A stretch of DNA of 49,892 nt, from assembly GCA_964342625.1 (NCBI GenBank), contig CAYFGC010000001.1, positions 1 to 49,892 on the forward strand, in the 5' to 3' direction. The notes beneath the pieces are model-generated. The model worked only from the letters and a program-made list of their open reading frames with translations, was not told the DNA's origin and did not search any database. This document shows positions 18,546 through 27,698 of the stretch, piece after piece (the first letter of the stretch is position 1; each line of letters opens with the position of its first letter). The DNA comes from an uncultured Candidatus Poseidoniales archaeon (GTDB lineage Archaea > Thermoplasmatota > Poseidoniia > Poseidoniales > Thalassarchaeaceae). A program made the position numbers and the translations under genes.

Positions 18546-20095
18546 CCCCAAGCAAGGTGACGAACCAAGGAACCGTAGATTATCCCGGATACAGCAAGAC
18601 TCTCTTCGTTGAACCTGTCCATGTTGTCCAAGTAGGTGTGGTATTCTGACGAGCCGGAGCCATAACACATCATTGCCAAGCCAAAATCATCCGATTCTTG
18701 GTGGATTCCAAACACGAATGGTGCATGATCAGAGTTGTATGGCATCTCCTCCGAGGCAAGCTCTCTGACGCTAATACTGTATTTCTCGTACAGTTCTGGT
18801 TGCGACTTGGCAAACTCGTCAACCAAACCCTCGATGTGTTTCACATCCGTTGCACTGTTACCCTGCAGGGTCACTCCGGAGTTCCTCTCGGCATCTACGT
18901 GGTTCATATCCAGATTGATGTAAAGTCTGAGGTTATCCTCCAACATTTCCCTATGCTTACTGACCCACTCCGATGACCCCCAGAGTCCTTCTTCTTCCCC
19001 TCCCCATGTGCAGAAGTAGATAGTCAATCCAGGATCACCAAGCTCTTCTTGCAACAAACCGAATTGCCTAGCCATTTCCATGACGGTAGCAGTTCCTGCA
19101 GTGTTGTCCACAGCACCTTGGCCATTGTATACGGTGTCGTGATGAGCTCCAATTACAACCAACTCTTCGGTCTCACCCTCGATAATGCCGCACGGTACGT
19201 GGACGTTGCCATTGTTCTGATTGTCTACGTCAATCTGGAATTCTAGCATCCCTTCTGAATTGACTACCTGGTCGCGGATAGTCTCGCCTACACTCTTTGA
19301 GACCATCACGAAACCGATGTCATAGGGCCTTTCCTCAAACTGGGTGATATCAAGAGATTTCGAGTAGGGGACGCAATCACCCGAAACCAACTCGTCACAA
19401 TTTTGCCTGGAATTTACCGCAATTAAACCTCTCAGGCCATTCTCTTGGGCTCGCTTCATCAGGATGGTGTTGCTCTCCGTCCCCGGCTCTCCATTCTCGC
19501 CATCCAATAGCCATACCAATCCAACGCCATTACTTGCTGAACTCCAATCCTGAGTTTCATTCCCCATAGCCAAGTCAATCACGTTGACATCACTACTAGC
19601 TGGGATATTCACGCTTCCGCTGTATCCCTGGACGACGAAATCTGATCTGTGTTCGAATTGCAACTCGTCTCTGTCTAAATCGGCAACAGAGCAAGGAGTC
19701 GGACCCCCGAAAATCCCTCCGACGTTGCCAGGAGTGCAGATCATCATTTCGAATGTGTTCCCCATGTAGTACAGTGGGACCTCAAACTCTTCGAGAGTGG
19801 AGGGCAATCCACTATTCGAGAAATTGGTCTTGATCGATTGTGCAGCATTCTCCTCTTCCACTGTTCCTGAGAGCCTCCCTCCCCAGTCCGGATCCCCTAG
19901 ATCCACCAGTCCTTGGGCATACGCCCTAGTTTGGTTGGTGTCGAAGTCAATCAACTCGTACTGTTGCCCTCCTTTGACCCACTTTGCTAGATTATCTCCG
20001 AACAATAAACCGCCCCCTGCCGCCCCAAGGACAATCATCCCTACAACGATAATTGTGGAAGTCGGTTTCCCAAAACTAGGTGACCATTCAGTCAT
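18542..20095 (-). CDS. membrane-anchored M28-family metallo-aminopeptidase with PA-like insert
   Basis: N-terminal TM (IIVVGMIVLGAAGGGLLF). M28 zinc-ligand contexts HHDTV...GAVDNTAGTATVMEMAR and WGGEEEGLWGS. Confidence 0.8.
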   Translation of the reverse strand: MTEWSPSFGKPTSTIIVVGMIVLGAAGGGLLFGDNLAKWVKGGQQYELIDFDTNQTRAYAQGLVDLGDPDWGGRLSGTVEEENAAQSIKTNFSNSGLPSTLEEFEVPLYYMGNTFEMMICTPGNVGGIFGGPTPCSVADLDRDELQFEHRSDFVVQGYSGSVNIPASSDVNVIDLAMGNETQDWSSASNGVGLVWLLDGENGEPGTESNTILMKRAQENGLRGLIAVNSRQNCDELVSGDCVPYSKSLDITQFEERPYDIGFVMVSKSVGETIRDQVVNSEGMLEFQIDVDNQNNGNVHVPCGIIEGETEELVVIGAHHDTVYNGQGAVDNTAGTATVMEMARQFGLLQEELGDPGLTIYFCTWGGEEEGLWGSSEWVSKHREMLEDNLRLYINLDMNHVDAERNSGVTLQGNSATDVKHIEGLVDEFAKSQPELYEKYSISVRELASEEMPYNSDHAPFVFGIHQESDDFGLAMMCYGSGSSEYHTYLDNMDRFNEESLAVSGIIYGSLVRHLAWG

Positions 20096-20158
20096 GTTAT
20101 GGCAATTGAAATCTTTCCACCACTATTGAACCCATTCCAGTACAGGTCAGGGGAGGCA

Positions 20159-20740
20159 TCAATCTTCAGCACGGACCTCTTCGCCAGTCCATCTTTTGCC
20201 CAAGGAATGATCAACTCCTAACTGGTCCAGTATCCTTGCAACTACAAAGTCAACTAGATCTCCAATGTTTCTAGGGGAATGGTAGAAACCCGGACTAGCT
20301 GGAAGGATTACTACCCCCCACTCGGAGAGGTTGAACATTGCTTTCAGATGGGGGGTGGAGTAGGGGGCCTCCCTTGGAACTATGATCAGCTTCCTCCTTT
20401 CCTTCATTGCCACCAGTGCACTCCTGGTTGCAAGATTGTCACTAATTCCGGCAGCTATCTTTCCAATGGTTGTTCCACTGGCCGGACATACGACGTAAGC
20501 ATCGAATCTAGCAGATCCAGATGCTGCTTTAGCTGCAAGGTTGGCATTATCTTCGAGGGTCACGCCTTCTCTATCGGCCAATTGGCTAGGTGTTATCCCA
20601 CATTCCAGATCCAGATTAATGGCTCCGGTGCTAGTTACTATCAGGTTCACAGACCATTTGTGTTCCACCAGTGCTTCAATTAGCCTGACGCAGTACTGTG
20701 CTCCCGATGCCCCCGTTAGTGCGACAACTGCCTCGGGCAT
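20159..20740 (-). CDS. ubiX: flavin prenyltransferase UbiX
   Basis: VALTGASGAQY..., CPASGTTIGKIAAGISDNL and IIVPREAPYS match the UbiX/Pad1 flavoprotein pattern. 193 aa. Confidence 0.88.
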   Translation of the reverse strand: MPEAVVALTGASGAQYCVRLIEALVEHKWSVNLIVTSTGAINLDLECGITPSQLADREGVTLEDNANLAAKAASGSARFDAYVVCPASGTTIGKIAAGISDNLATRSALVAMKERRKLIIVPREAPYSTPHLKAMFNLSEWGVVILPASPGFYHSPRNIGDLVDFVVARILDQLGVDHSLGKRWTGEEVRAED

Positions 20741-20782
20741 GCCATCGCGGCATACCCCACTCCATTCAATGGTTTCCCAACC

Positions 20783-21994
20783 TCACATCGACTGTTCCAG
20801 GCACTCTGCAAGGAACTCATACTCTTCGAGACTATTGTAAAGTTGCGCTGAAATTCTGATGTACCGCCTTCCATGGTGCCTCCATGGAAAAACTGGGACT
20901 TGCACCCCAAACTCGTCCAGCAGATAGTTGTGATAGGGGTCGCCTTCCATGCTCATTGGCCCCACATCCCCCTCTCCGGGCATCTCCACAGACGCTATCG
21001 ATGAAACCAGTGAATCTGGAACCGGCTCTGTGGTCCCAAGTGCATCGCAGAGAATCTTCCTACCCTCAAGCGCCAATGCCCTGTTTCTTTCCATTATCTC
21101 CGGCCATCCGCCCTCGACTAGTCCACCTAGGAAATCGATTGCTAGTGGGATACATAGCCAGGGAGTAGGGTCTTGGGTTCCAGGCCATCCAAATTCAAAT
21201 TCGAACTTTTCTTGTTCAGTACCTTCGAAGCTGGCACCGTGACTGATACTTAGAGGTCTAACCATCTTCTTCAGGTCAGACCTGATGTGTAGAAAGGCAG
21301 AACCTTTCGGTGTGCAGAGCCATTTGTGGCAATTACCTGTGCAGTAAGCCGCATCTAGATCACTGAGGTCTAGAGGCACAATGCCCGGACCATGCGCCGC
21401 ATCAAGGAGAACATCTACACCCGATGACTGCAACTCTCCGACGAGCCTTTCGAACGGCATCCTAAGGCCCGTGGCGCTAGTCACGGTATCCACCATTGCT
21501 AGTACTGTTCGTTCGGTAACAGATCCCATGATCAGGTCTACGATTTCATCCTCGCTCTCGACTCTGAATGGTACTTCTACAACCACTGTCTTCGCGCCCG
21601 CCCTCTCAGTAACGAAGTCGACCGCATTCCAACATGCCTGGTAGCTGTGGTCGGTGACTAGAATCTCGTCACCCGGTTGAAGTACAAGGCTTCTGAGTAC
21701 AGTGTTTACACCTTCTGTGGTATTCTTAACTAATGTCATTCCTCCAGGATCAGCATTCATGAATTCTGCAAGTTTATTGATCGAGGATTCTATCATGGGG
21801 GTGTATTCCCTTTCAAAGAACCTTACAGGGTCACTCTCGATGATTCCCCTAAGCCTACTTTGTTCTTCAAGGACCGCTATTGGCGTAGCTCCGAAGGAGC
21901 CATGATTGAGAAAACAAGTATCTGTAGAGAGCATCCAGTGCTTAGACAAATCACTTCTTACAGGCCTGTTCACACTACCATCTCCGGACTCCAA
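20783..21994 (-). CDS. class V-fold PLP-dependent aminotransferase (isopenicillin-N-epimerase-like subgroup)
   Basis: FLNHGSFGATP N-terminal motif and PLP-lysine context TGNCHKWLCTPKGSAFLH. The longest ORF overlaps the lipB 3' end by 25 nt; an alternative ATG lies at 21934. Confidence 0.8.
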   Translation of the reverse strand: MESGDGSVNRPVRSDLSKHWMLSTDTCFLNHGSFGATPIAVLEEQSRLRGIIESDPVRFFEREYTPMIESSINKLAEFMNADPGGMTLVKNTTEGVNTVLRSLVLQPGDEILVTDHSYQACWNAVDFVTERAGAKTVVVEVPFRVESEDEIVDLIMGSVTERTVLAMVDTVTSATGLRMPFERLVGELQSSGVDVLLDAAHGPGIVPLDLSDLDAAYCTGNCHKWLCTPKGSAFLHIRSDLKKMVRPLSISHGASFEGTEQEKFEFEFGWPGTQDPTPWLCIPLAIDFLGGLVEGGWPEIMERNRALALEGRKILCDALGTTEPVPDSLVSSIASVEMPGEGDVGPMSMEGDPYHNYLLDEFGVQVPVFPWRHHGRRYIRISAQLYNSLEEYEFLAECLEQSM

Positions 21995-22644
21995 TCTACA
22001 GGATTCCTAGGCACTCTTCCTAGGAAATCCTCACAAGTCAGCCTCAGGCTCTTCTCAATTCTCATGAAGTCTAATGGAACGCCCTTCTTGTCTTTCTCAT
22101 AACCTAGGTGGGAAAGGCTGGTATGGGCCCCCGCGTCAATGCCGCAGCATTCCAGATCCTGTACCCTGGTCCCGGGAGTGTCTATGTTGATTGACATCCC
22201 ATGGCGGCTAACCCAGTGGAGGAATGATAGTCCGATTGAGCAAATCTTGTGCCCATCGACCCATGCTCCTTGCATCGCTTCATCCTTGTAAGCAGAAACC
22301 CCGCATTCGGCAAGAGCAGCAATCGCCCAGTCTTCCAGCCTACCAATTACCCCTCTAACACTCTGTTCCCCGATTTCCCACTTCACAATTGGATATACGA
22401 CAAGTTGACCTGGACCATGCCAAGTAATGCCTCCGCCTCTGTCTGTTAGGCAAGTTGGATAACCATCAACGATAACATTGTCACGGACTGCCTTTGGGCC
22501 AATTGTCACAACTTCTGGATGTTGGACGAAGATTAAGGCATCACCAATATCCCCTGCTATCCTCCTTTTTTGCAGTTCCTTCATCGACTCAGACATTACT
22601 TGATAATCTACTATCCCGCACCTTAGTACGTCGATTCCGCCCAT
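21970..22644 (-). CDS. lipB: octanoyl/lipoyl transferase LipB
   Basis: HPEVVTIGP, RGGGITWHGPGQLVVYPI and catalytic-Lys context HKICSIGL. Confidence 0.88.
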   Translation of the reverse strand: MGGIDVLRCGIVDYQVMSESMKELQKRRIAGDIGDALIFVQHPEVVTIGPKAVRDNVIVDGYPTCLTDRGGGITWHGPGQLVVYPIVKWEIGEQSVRGVIGRLEDWAIAALAECGVSAYKDEAMQGAWVDGHKICSIGLSFLHWVSRHGMSINIDTPGTRVQDLECCGIDAGAHTSLSHLGYEKDKKGVPLDFMRIEKSLRLTCEDFLGRVPRNPVDWSPEMVV

Positions 22645-22652
22645 TCGAAACC

Positions 22653-24089
22653 TCAGTTGATGTGGATGGCGTGACCAAGGGTCTTGAGTACGCTTTCGTG
22701 GAATGCCTCGGACATGGTCGGATGGGCGTGCACAGTACCTGCCACGTCCTCAAGCAAAGCCCCCATCTCCAGAGCCAACACGAACTCAGAGTGTAACTCT
22801 GCAACATGGCTTCCCACTGCTTGGACTCCAAGGATGACGTGATCAGACTCTCTTGCAGTTACTCGTATGAAACCCCCTGTCTTCTCAGCCTCCAGACTCA
22901 ATGCTCTGCCATTTGCAGCAAGTGGAAACTTGCCCACAATGATTTCTTCTCCCCTTTCTTCTGCTTCATCAGGAGTTAGTCCGACAGAAACTATCTCAGG
23001 CTCGGTAAAGACGATTGCAGGGATAGCTATCTTGTCGAATTCTCTTTTGTGACCAGCAATAATCTCGGCCACCATCTCCCCTTCCGCACTAGCCTTGTGG
23101 GCAAGCATTGGCTCACCAGATACATCTCCAATTGCATATACTCCGGGAACCGATGTTCTGCATTGCCTGTCCGTTCTGATGAAGCGTCCCGATCCATCCA
23201 TCCTAACTCCGGTGTTCTCCAGTCCCCAGCCCTTGGTGTTGGGCTTCCTACCTACGGTGACTAGGACCTTGTCCACCTTCACCTTGTGCTCAGTTCCTTC
23301 TTTTTCGAATGTCAATTCAGCCTTCTTCGATGCGCCCCGCCCCTTGATTTCTACACCTCTTGCCAGTGCATCGGTATGGACTGAGACCTTGTGCTTCTTC
23401 AGCCATAGTTCCAGGGGTCTCCTGATTTCCTTGTCCATTATGGCCAAGACGCTACTCATACCCTCCACAACAGTAATTTCGGAACCAAGCTTAGCCAGAG
23501 CACACCCCAATTCGAGTCCGATATAACCCCCTCCGACAATTGCAACGCTCTTAGGCAACGATTCTAGATCCAATGCACCGCTTGAGGAGAGGACAAACTC
23601 CTCGTCACACGGCATGAATGGCAAATCTATGTGGCTAGATCCAGTAGCAATGATGACGTTCTCGGCCTCTATCCTCACACTACCGCTGCTAGAATCTACT
23701 GTGCAACTCTTCGGCCCATCGAAATTTGCCCACCCCTTGATCAGGTCAGCTCCCGCTGCTTTCAGTAAACCCTCCACGCCCTTGTTCAATCTATCAACAA
23801 TGGAATCCTTCCAAGATACCAGTCCAACCATGTCAACTTCGGCTTCACCTTTGACAGAAAGTCCCATATGCCCCCCATCAGCAGAATGCTGGCGAAGGGA
23901 CTCAAACCTCTCTGCAGCATGGATAATTGCCTTGCTAGGTATGCATCCCCTGATTAGGCAAGTACCTCCTGCCTTGTCACCCTCTACAACAATCGTATCA
24001 AGTCCCAGTTGCGCTGATCGGATTCCCGCTACGTAACCCCCCGGCCCAGCACCAATTACCAAGACTTGGCATTTGCGTGAATCTGCCAT
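22653..24089 (-). CDS. lpdA: dihydrolipoyl dehydrogenase (E3)
   Basis: FAD motif VIGAGPGGY, redox disulfide GGTCLIRGCIPSK, NAD motif IVGGGYIGLE and C-terminal HAHPTMSE. Confidence 0.93.
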   Translation of the reverse strand: MADSRKCQVLVIGAGPGGYVAGIRSAQLGLDTIVVEGDKAGGTCLIRGCIPSKAIIHAAERFESLRQHSADGGHMGLSVKGEAEVDMVGLVSWKDSIVDRLNKGVEGLLKAAGADLIKGWANFDGPKSCTVDSSSGSVRIEAENVIIATGSSHIDLPFMPCDEEFVLSSSGALDLESLPKSVAIVGGGYIGLELGCALAKLGSEITVVEGMSSVLAIMDKEIRRPLELWLKKHKVSVHTDALARGVEIKGRGASKKAELTFEKEGTEHKVKVDKVLVTVGRKPNTKGWGLENTGVRMDGSGRFIRTDRQCRTSVPGVYAIGDVSGEPMLAHKASAEGEMVAEIIAGHKREFDKIAIPAIVFTEPEIVSVGLTPDEAEERGEEIIVGKFPLAANGRALSLEAEKTGGFIRVTARESDHVILGVQAVGSHVAELHSEFVLALEMGALLEDVAGTVHAHPTMSEAFHESVLKTLGHAIHIN

Positions 24090-24098
24090 TATAGTCCC

Positions 24099-25430
24099 TC
24101 ACATGAAAATGAGTGCTGGGTTTTCCAGCATTCTCTTGAGGTGCTGAATTAGGGACGCTCCATCCGCCCCATCGACCACTCGGTGGTCAAAGGCGCTTGA
24201 AAGATTCATAATTCTCCTGATGACAACCTTCCCGTCCTTGACAACAGGCATCTCTCTTGCCTTGTGAACCCCAAGGATGGAAACCTCTGGATGATTGATG
24301 ATCGGGGTCGCCCCCAGGCCACCCTCTCGCCCTAGGCTTGTTATCGTGAAAGTGGAACCGGTGAGCTCATCTAGACTTGCACTACCATCTCTAGCAGATC
24401 CGGATACTCTTTGCATTTCTGATGCAGCGTTCCAGATGTCCATGGCCTCAACGTGCTTAACCACTGGGACATACAAACCGCGCTCAGTCTGAGTAGCAAT
24501 TCCTATGTTCACAGCTCCCTGCCTATTCACAACGCCGCCCTCATCATCGAAGTGCGCATTGCATTCGGGATGTTGGGGCATGATCTTAGCAAGAGCCAGC
24601 ATGATGAATGGAAGATATGTCAGCTTCGGTTGGGAATCGTCCTTTGTCGAGTTTAGGACCTGCCTCAAAGCCTCTAGCTCGGTAATATCGACCTCTTCGA
24701 AATATGAGAAGTGTGGTATTCTGCTCTTCGAGAGGCTCATTTGCTCAGAGATCTTTCTCCTTAGTCCTACCACCTTCACTGGAGTAACCTCGGTCCTCTT
24801 AACGGAGTATGCCATAGGCGCGGCACCTGAAACTGCCCCACCCGCTGCAATGAATGCGTCCAAATCAGCATGTCTGATCCTACCAGCCGGCCCCGATCCT
24901 CTTACGGTTGCAAGATCAACGTCATTCTCCCTTGCCCGCTTCCTAATCGCAGGACTAGCAAGGACTCGCCCGGTTGTTGTTTGGGATGGCGCCTTGGGTG
25001 CAGGAGCAGGTGCAGGAGCAGGAGCAGGAGCAGGTGCAGGAGCAGGTGCAGGAGCAGGTGCAGGAGCAGGAGCAGGAGCAGGTGCAGGAGCAGGAGTAGG
25101 AGCAGGAGTAGGAGCAGGTGCCGACACAGGTTCCGTTTTCGAGGGCTCGTCTTCGTCGCTCGATACTTCCTCACTTGCCGTTGCTTCTCCCTCGATTTCG
25201 ATTTCCAGAAGAGTTGTTCCAACTGCAATCATGTCTCCAACACCCCCACTTAGGGAATCTATTACCCCACTTTTAGGGGATGGAATTGTCACTGTTGCTT
25301 TGTCTGTCATCACATCCACAATAGGGTCGTCCTCAGAGACAGAATCTCCAACCGATACGTGCCATTGGACCACTTCTCCTTCAACTACCCCCTCTCCAAT
25401 ATCGGGCAACTTGAATACGAAATTTCCCAT
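24099..25430 (-). CDS. dihydrolipoamide acyltransferase (E2) of a 2-oxoacid dehydrogenase complex
   Basis: Lipoyl domain with VMTDKATVTIPSP, a long Ala/Pro linker, a peripheral subunit-binding domain (LASPAIRKRARENDVDL...GSGPAGRI) and a catalytic domain with DHRVVDGA. Confidence 0.93.
   Translation of the reverse strand: MGNFVFKLPDIGEGVVEGEVVQWHVSVGDSVSEDDPIVDVMTDKATVTIPSPKSGVIDSLSGGVGDMIAVGTTLLEIEIEGEATASEEVSSDEDEPSKTEPVSAPAPTPAPTPAPAPAPAPAPAPAPAPAPAPAPAPAPAPAPAPKAPSQTTTGRVLASPAIRKRARENDVDLATVRGSGPAGRIRHADLDAFIAAGGAVSGAAPMAYSVKRTEVTPVKVVGLRRKISEQMSLSKSRIPHFSYFEEVDITELEALRQVLNSTKDDSQPKLTYLPFIMLALAKIMPQHPECNAHFDDEGGVVNRQGAVNIGIATQTERGLYVPVVKHVEAMDIWNAASEMQRVSGSARDGSASLDELTGSTFTITSLGREGGLGATPIINHPEVSILGVHKAREMPVVKDGKVVIRRIMNLSSAFDHRVVDGADGASLIQHLKRMLENPALIFM
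24997..25121 (-). repeat. imperfect hexanucleotide tandem repeat (GCAGGA/GCAGGT on the + strand) encoding the (Ala-Pro)n E2 linker
   Basis: About 20 consecutive 6-nt units are directly visible. They translate on the minus strand to APAPTPAPTP(AP)n, about 42 residues. Confidence 0.9.
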
Positions 25431-25431
25431 C

Positions 25432-26442
25432 TCACTCCTCCTGTGTTTTCACTATCGCCGCTGCGATTCTAGATGGTCCGGGCATGTAATCCCATTCAGT
25501 AGTATGGGGGAATGGTGTGTCCCAACCAGTCACCCTCTCAATGGGTGCCTCAAGGTGGTAGAAGCACCTCTCCTGTATGGAAGCCGCCATTTCTGCACCG
25601 AATCCGCTGGTTTTCGGTGCTTCATGGACAATTACACACCTTCCTGTCTTCTCAACCGAACTTACGACTGACTCCCTGTCCCATGGAACAAGGGTCTGTA
25701 GGTCAATCAGGTCACACGACACTCCGCTGTCCCTAATTGCTTGCTCACAAACATGAACCATCGCACCCCATGAGATTACCGTGCAATCGCTTCCTTGCTG
25801 TGCAACTCTTGCCTCGCCAAGTGGGATTCTGTAGTGGCCCTCGGGAACTTCTGCCTCTGGATGATCAGACCATGTTGGCACGTTGTGAGGGTCCCCATAG
25901 AATGGTCCTCGGTAACACCTCTTCGGCTCGAAGAAAACCACAGGATCATTGCTCTCAATTGCGCTAATTAGCAGACCCTTCGCATTGTAAGGGGTTGAGC
26001 AGTAAACTACCTTTAGCCCAGGAGTGTGTGTGAACTGGGACTCTGGGGATTGCGAATGATGGTGACCTCCCCTAATGCCGCCCCCAGCTGGAGTCCGTAG
26101 TGTGACAGGAGACCAGAACTCACCTCCAGACCTGTGTCTAACCTTTGCCATCTCGTTCACAATCTGATCATAAGCCGGAAAGATGTAGTCAGCAAACTGA
26201 ATTTCCACTACAGGCCTGAGCCCATTCAATCCCATGCCAAAAGCAGTTGCAGCAATGCCTCCTTCCGAAAGTGGAGAATCGAAAACACGATGACTACCAT
26301 GTTTTTCTTGCAGTCCGTCGGTCGTTCTGAACACCCCTCCAAAGTAACCCACGTCTTCTCCGAATATGATTACATCCGGGTCACTATCTAGCATATTGTC
26401 GAGAGCGCTGTTCAATGATTGAATCATGTTCATGTTTGTCAT
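25432..26442 (-). CDS. 2-oxoacid dehydrogenase E1 component, beta subunit
   Basis: Transketolase-like pyrimidine-binding and C-terminal domains (VIIFGEDVGYFGGVFR, DSPLSEGGI, FADYIFPA). The start lies 2 nt after the E1-alpha stop. Confidence 0.93.
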   Translation of the reverse strand: MTNMNMIQSLNSALDNMLDSDPDVIIFGEDVGYFGGVFRTTDGLQEKHGSHRVFDSPLSEGGIAATAFGMGLNGLRPVVEIQFADYIFPAYDQIVNEMAKVRHRSGGEFWSPVTLRTPAGGGIRGGHHHSQSPESQFTHTPGLKVVYCSTPYNAKGLLISAIESNDPVVFFEPKRCYRGPFYGDPHNVPTWSDHPEAEVPEGHYRIPLGEARVAQQGSDCTVISWGAMVHVCEQAIRDSGVSCDLIDLQTLVPWDRESVVSSVEKTGRCVIVHEAPKTSGFGAEMAASIQERCFYHLEAPIERVTGWDTPFPHTTEWDYMPGPSRIAAAIVKTQEE

Positions 26443-26444
26443 TT

Positions 26445-27680
26445 TCAGCCCTCCATCATCTCATCATGCTGCTCCTTAAGGTGCCATGGCATCTCCTCGT
26501 AAACCTCAGTGAAGATTGTCTCTGCCGAGGGATATGGGCCATTGGCTAGGTCTCCGAATTTTACCGCCTCCTTGTAAGCATCAATCACCTCTCCGTCTAT
26601 CCTCTCCTCCAGTTCTTTTTGCTGATCCTCGCTCCACTCTCCCAATTTAATCAGGTGCTCTTTCAGCCTATCTACCGGATCCCCGCCGGGCCATTTGGTA
26701 TGCTCGTCCTTGGGCCTATATCTGCTGGGATCGTCGCTGCTGCTGTGTGCTCCGGTTCTGTAAGTTAGAACCTCTATGTGCGTGGCACCAGAACCTGCTG
26801 CAGCTCTCTCTCGTGCCCACTTGGTTACAGAATATAGTGCCAAGAAATCGTTTCCGTCCACTCTAATTGAGGCAAGACCGAAGGGAATTCCTCTCGATGC
26901 GAAACTACCCATTCCGGTGGCGAAGTTGGAGTGAGTGGATATTGCCCATTGGTTATTGACCAAATTCAGAATTACAGGGGCGTTGAAAACACTTGCGAAG
27001 TTTAACGCATAGTGGTAATCCCCCTCAGCGCTAGCCCCATCGCCTATCCAGGTAATAGTCACTTCATCGAGTCCCTTGTAACTAGATGCAAGGGACACCC
27101 CTACTGCCTGGCTGAACTGCGTTCCAACAGGACTGGAAACAGAAATGAAACGACCCTCCCGATACGAATAGTGTACCGGCATCTGTCTGCCCTTGATGTT
27201 GTCTTCTACATTTCCAATGCAGTGGCAAATCATGCTAACCATGTCCCTACCCCTGACGAATTGAGCACCCGGTTGCCTGTAAGTTGGGAAAATCCAGTCT
27301 TGCTCCTCCAAAGCCATTGTTTGGGCAATAGCAACCGCTTCCTCTCCCAATGAACGCATGTAGAAAGAGAGAAGCCCAGTCCTCTGCATTTTCATCATCC
27401 TATCATCGAAGATCCTCAGTCTGACCATGTGCTCCAAGCCGATTAGGAGTTGATCCGCGGTGAGTCCCGGGTCCCACTCCCCCGAGGCATTTCCATCATC
27501 ATCAAGCACTCTGACTAGTCCATTAGCTAGTTCGATCGTGTCTTGAAAATGACAACTCTTTGGATCGGGCTTGGGGAAATCGCCAGGTTTCCATGGCCAG
27601 TTTTCGAAACTCGCTTCCTCTCCCGGCCTGAATGGGGCGTCCGGCACGTGAATTTTCCCGCCGGTGTCCCTAGGAGTCAT
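26445..27680 (-). CDS. 2-oxoacid (branched-chain/pyruvate type) dehydrogenase E1 component, alpha subunit
   Basis: ThDP-binding motif GDGASAEGDYHYALNFASVFNAPVILNLVNN. 411 aa, heterotetrameric E1 type. GGAGGG lies 7 nt upstream of the ATG. Confidence 0.92.
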   Translation of the reverse strand: MTPRDTGGKIHVPDAPFRPGEEASFENWPWKPGDFPKPDPKSCHFQDTIELANGLVRVLDDDGNASGEWDPGLTADQLLIGLEHMVRLRIFDDRMMKMQRTGLLSFYMRSLGEEAVAIAQTMALEEQDWIFPTYRQPGAQFVRGRDMVSMICHCIGNVEDNIKGRQMPVHYSYREGRFISVSSPVGTQFSQAVGVSLASSYKGLDEVTITWIGDGASAEGDYHYALNFASVFNAPVILNLVNNQWAISTHSNFATGMGSFASRGIPFGLASIRVDGNDFLALYSVTKWARERAAAGSGATHIEVLTYRTGAHSSSDDPSRYRPKDEHTKWPGGDPVDRLKEHLIKLGEWSEDQQKELEERIDGEVIDAYKEAVKFGDLANGPYPSAETIFTEVYEEMPWHLKEQHDEMMEG

Positions 27681-27698
27681 GTTTCATCCCTCCGCTCA

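Noticed and set aside
20159-20740. Orphan ubiX (no ubiD-family decarboxylase in the window) as a sign of a novel prenyl-FMN client
   Set aside because: The partner may simply be encoded elsewhere in the genome, so nothing in this window supports a specific hypothesis.
24997-25121. Tandem repeat checked as a possible CRISPR array or minisatellite element
   Set aside because: The period is 6 nt with no spacers, and the repeat lies inside a coding frame. It is a coding microsatellite, not a CRISPR array.
24870-25253. ORFs encoding (RSRSRC)n on the + strand and poly-Leu/His on the - strand
   Set aside because: They are alternative frames of the same GCAGGA/GCAGGT microsatellite. Only the Ala-Pro frame is continuous with the lipoyl and catalytic domains of E2.
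24505-25671. 388-aa + strand ORF spanning the E2/E1-beta junction (contains a GAGAGAGAG... run)
   Set aside because: It is antisense to two strongly motif-supported genes (E2 and E1-beta). Its length comes from the stop-free hexamer repeat and GC bias, and its product is low-complexity.
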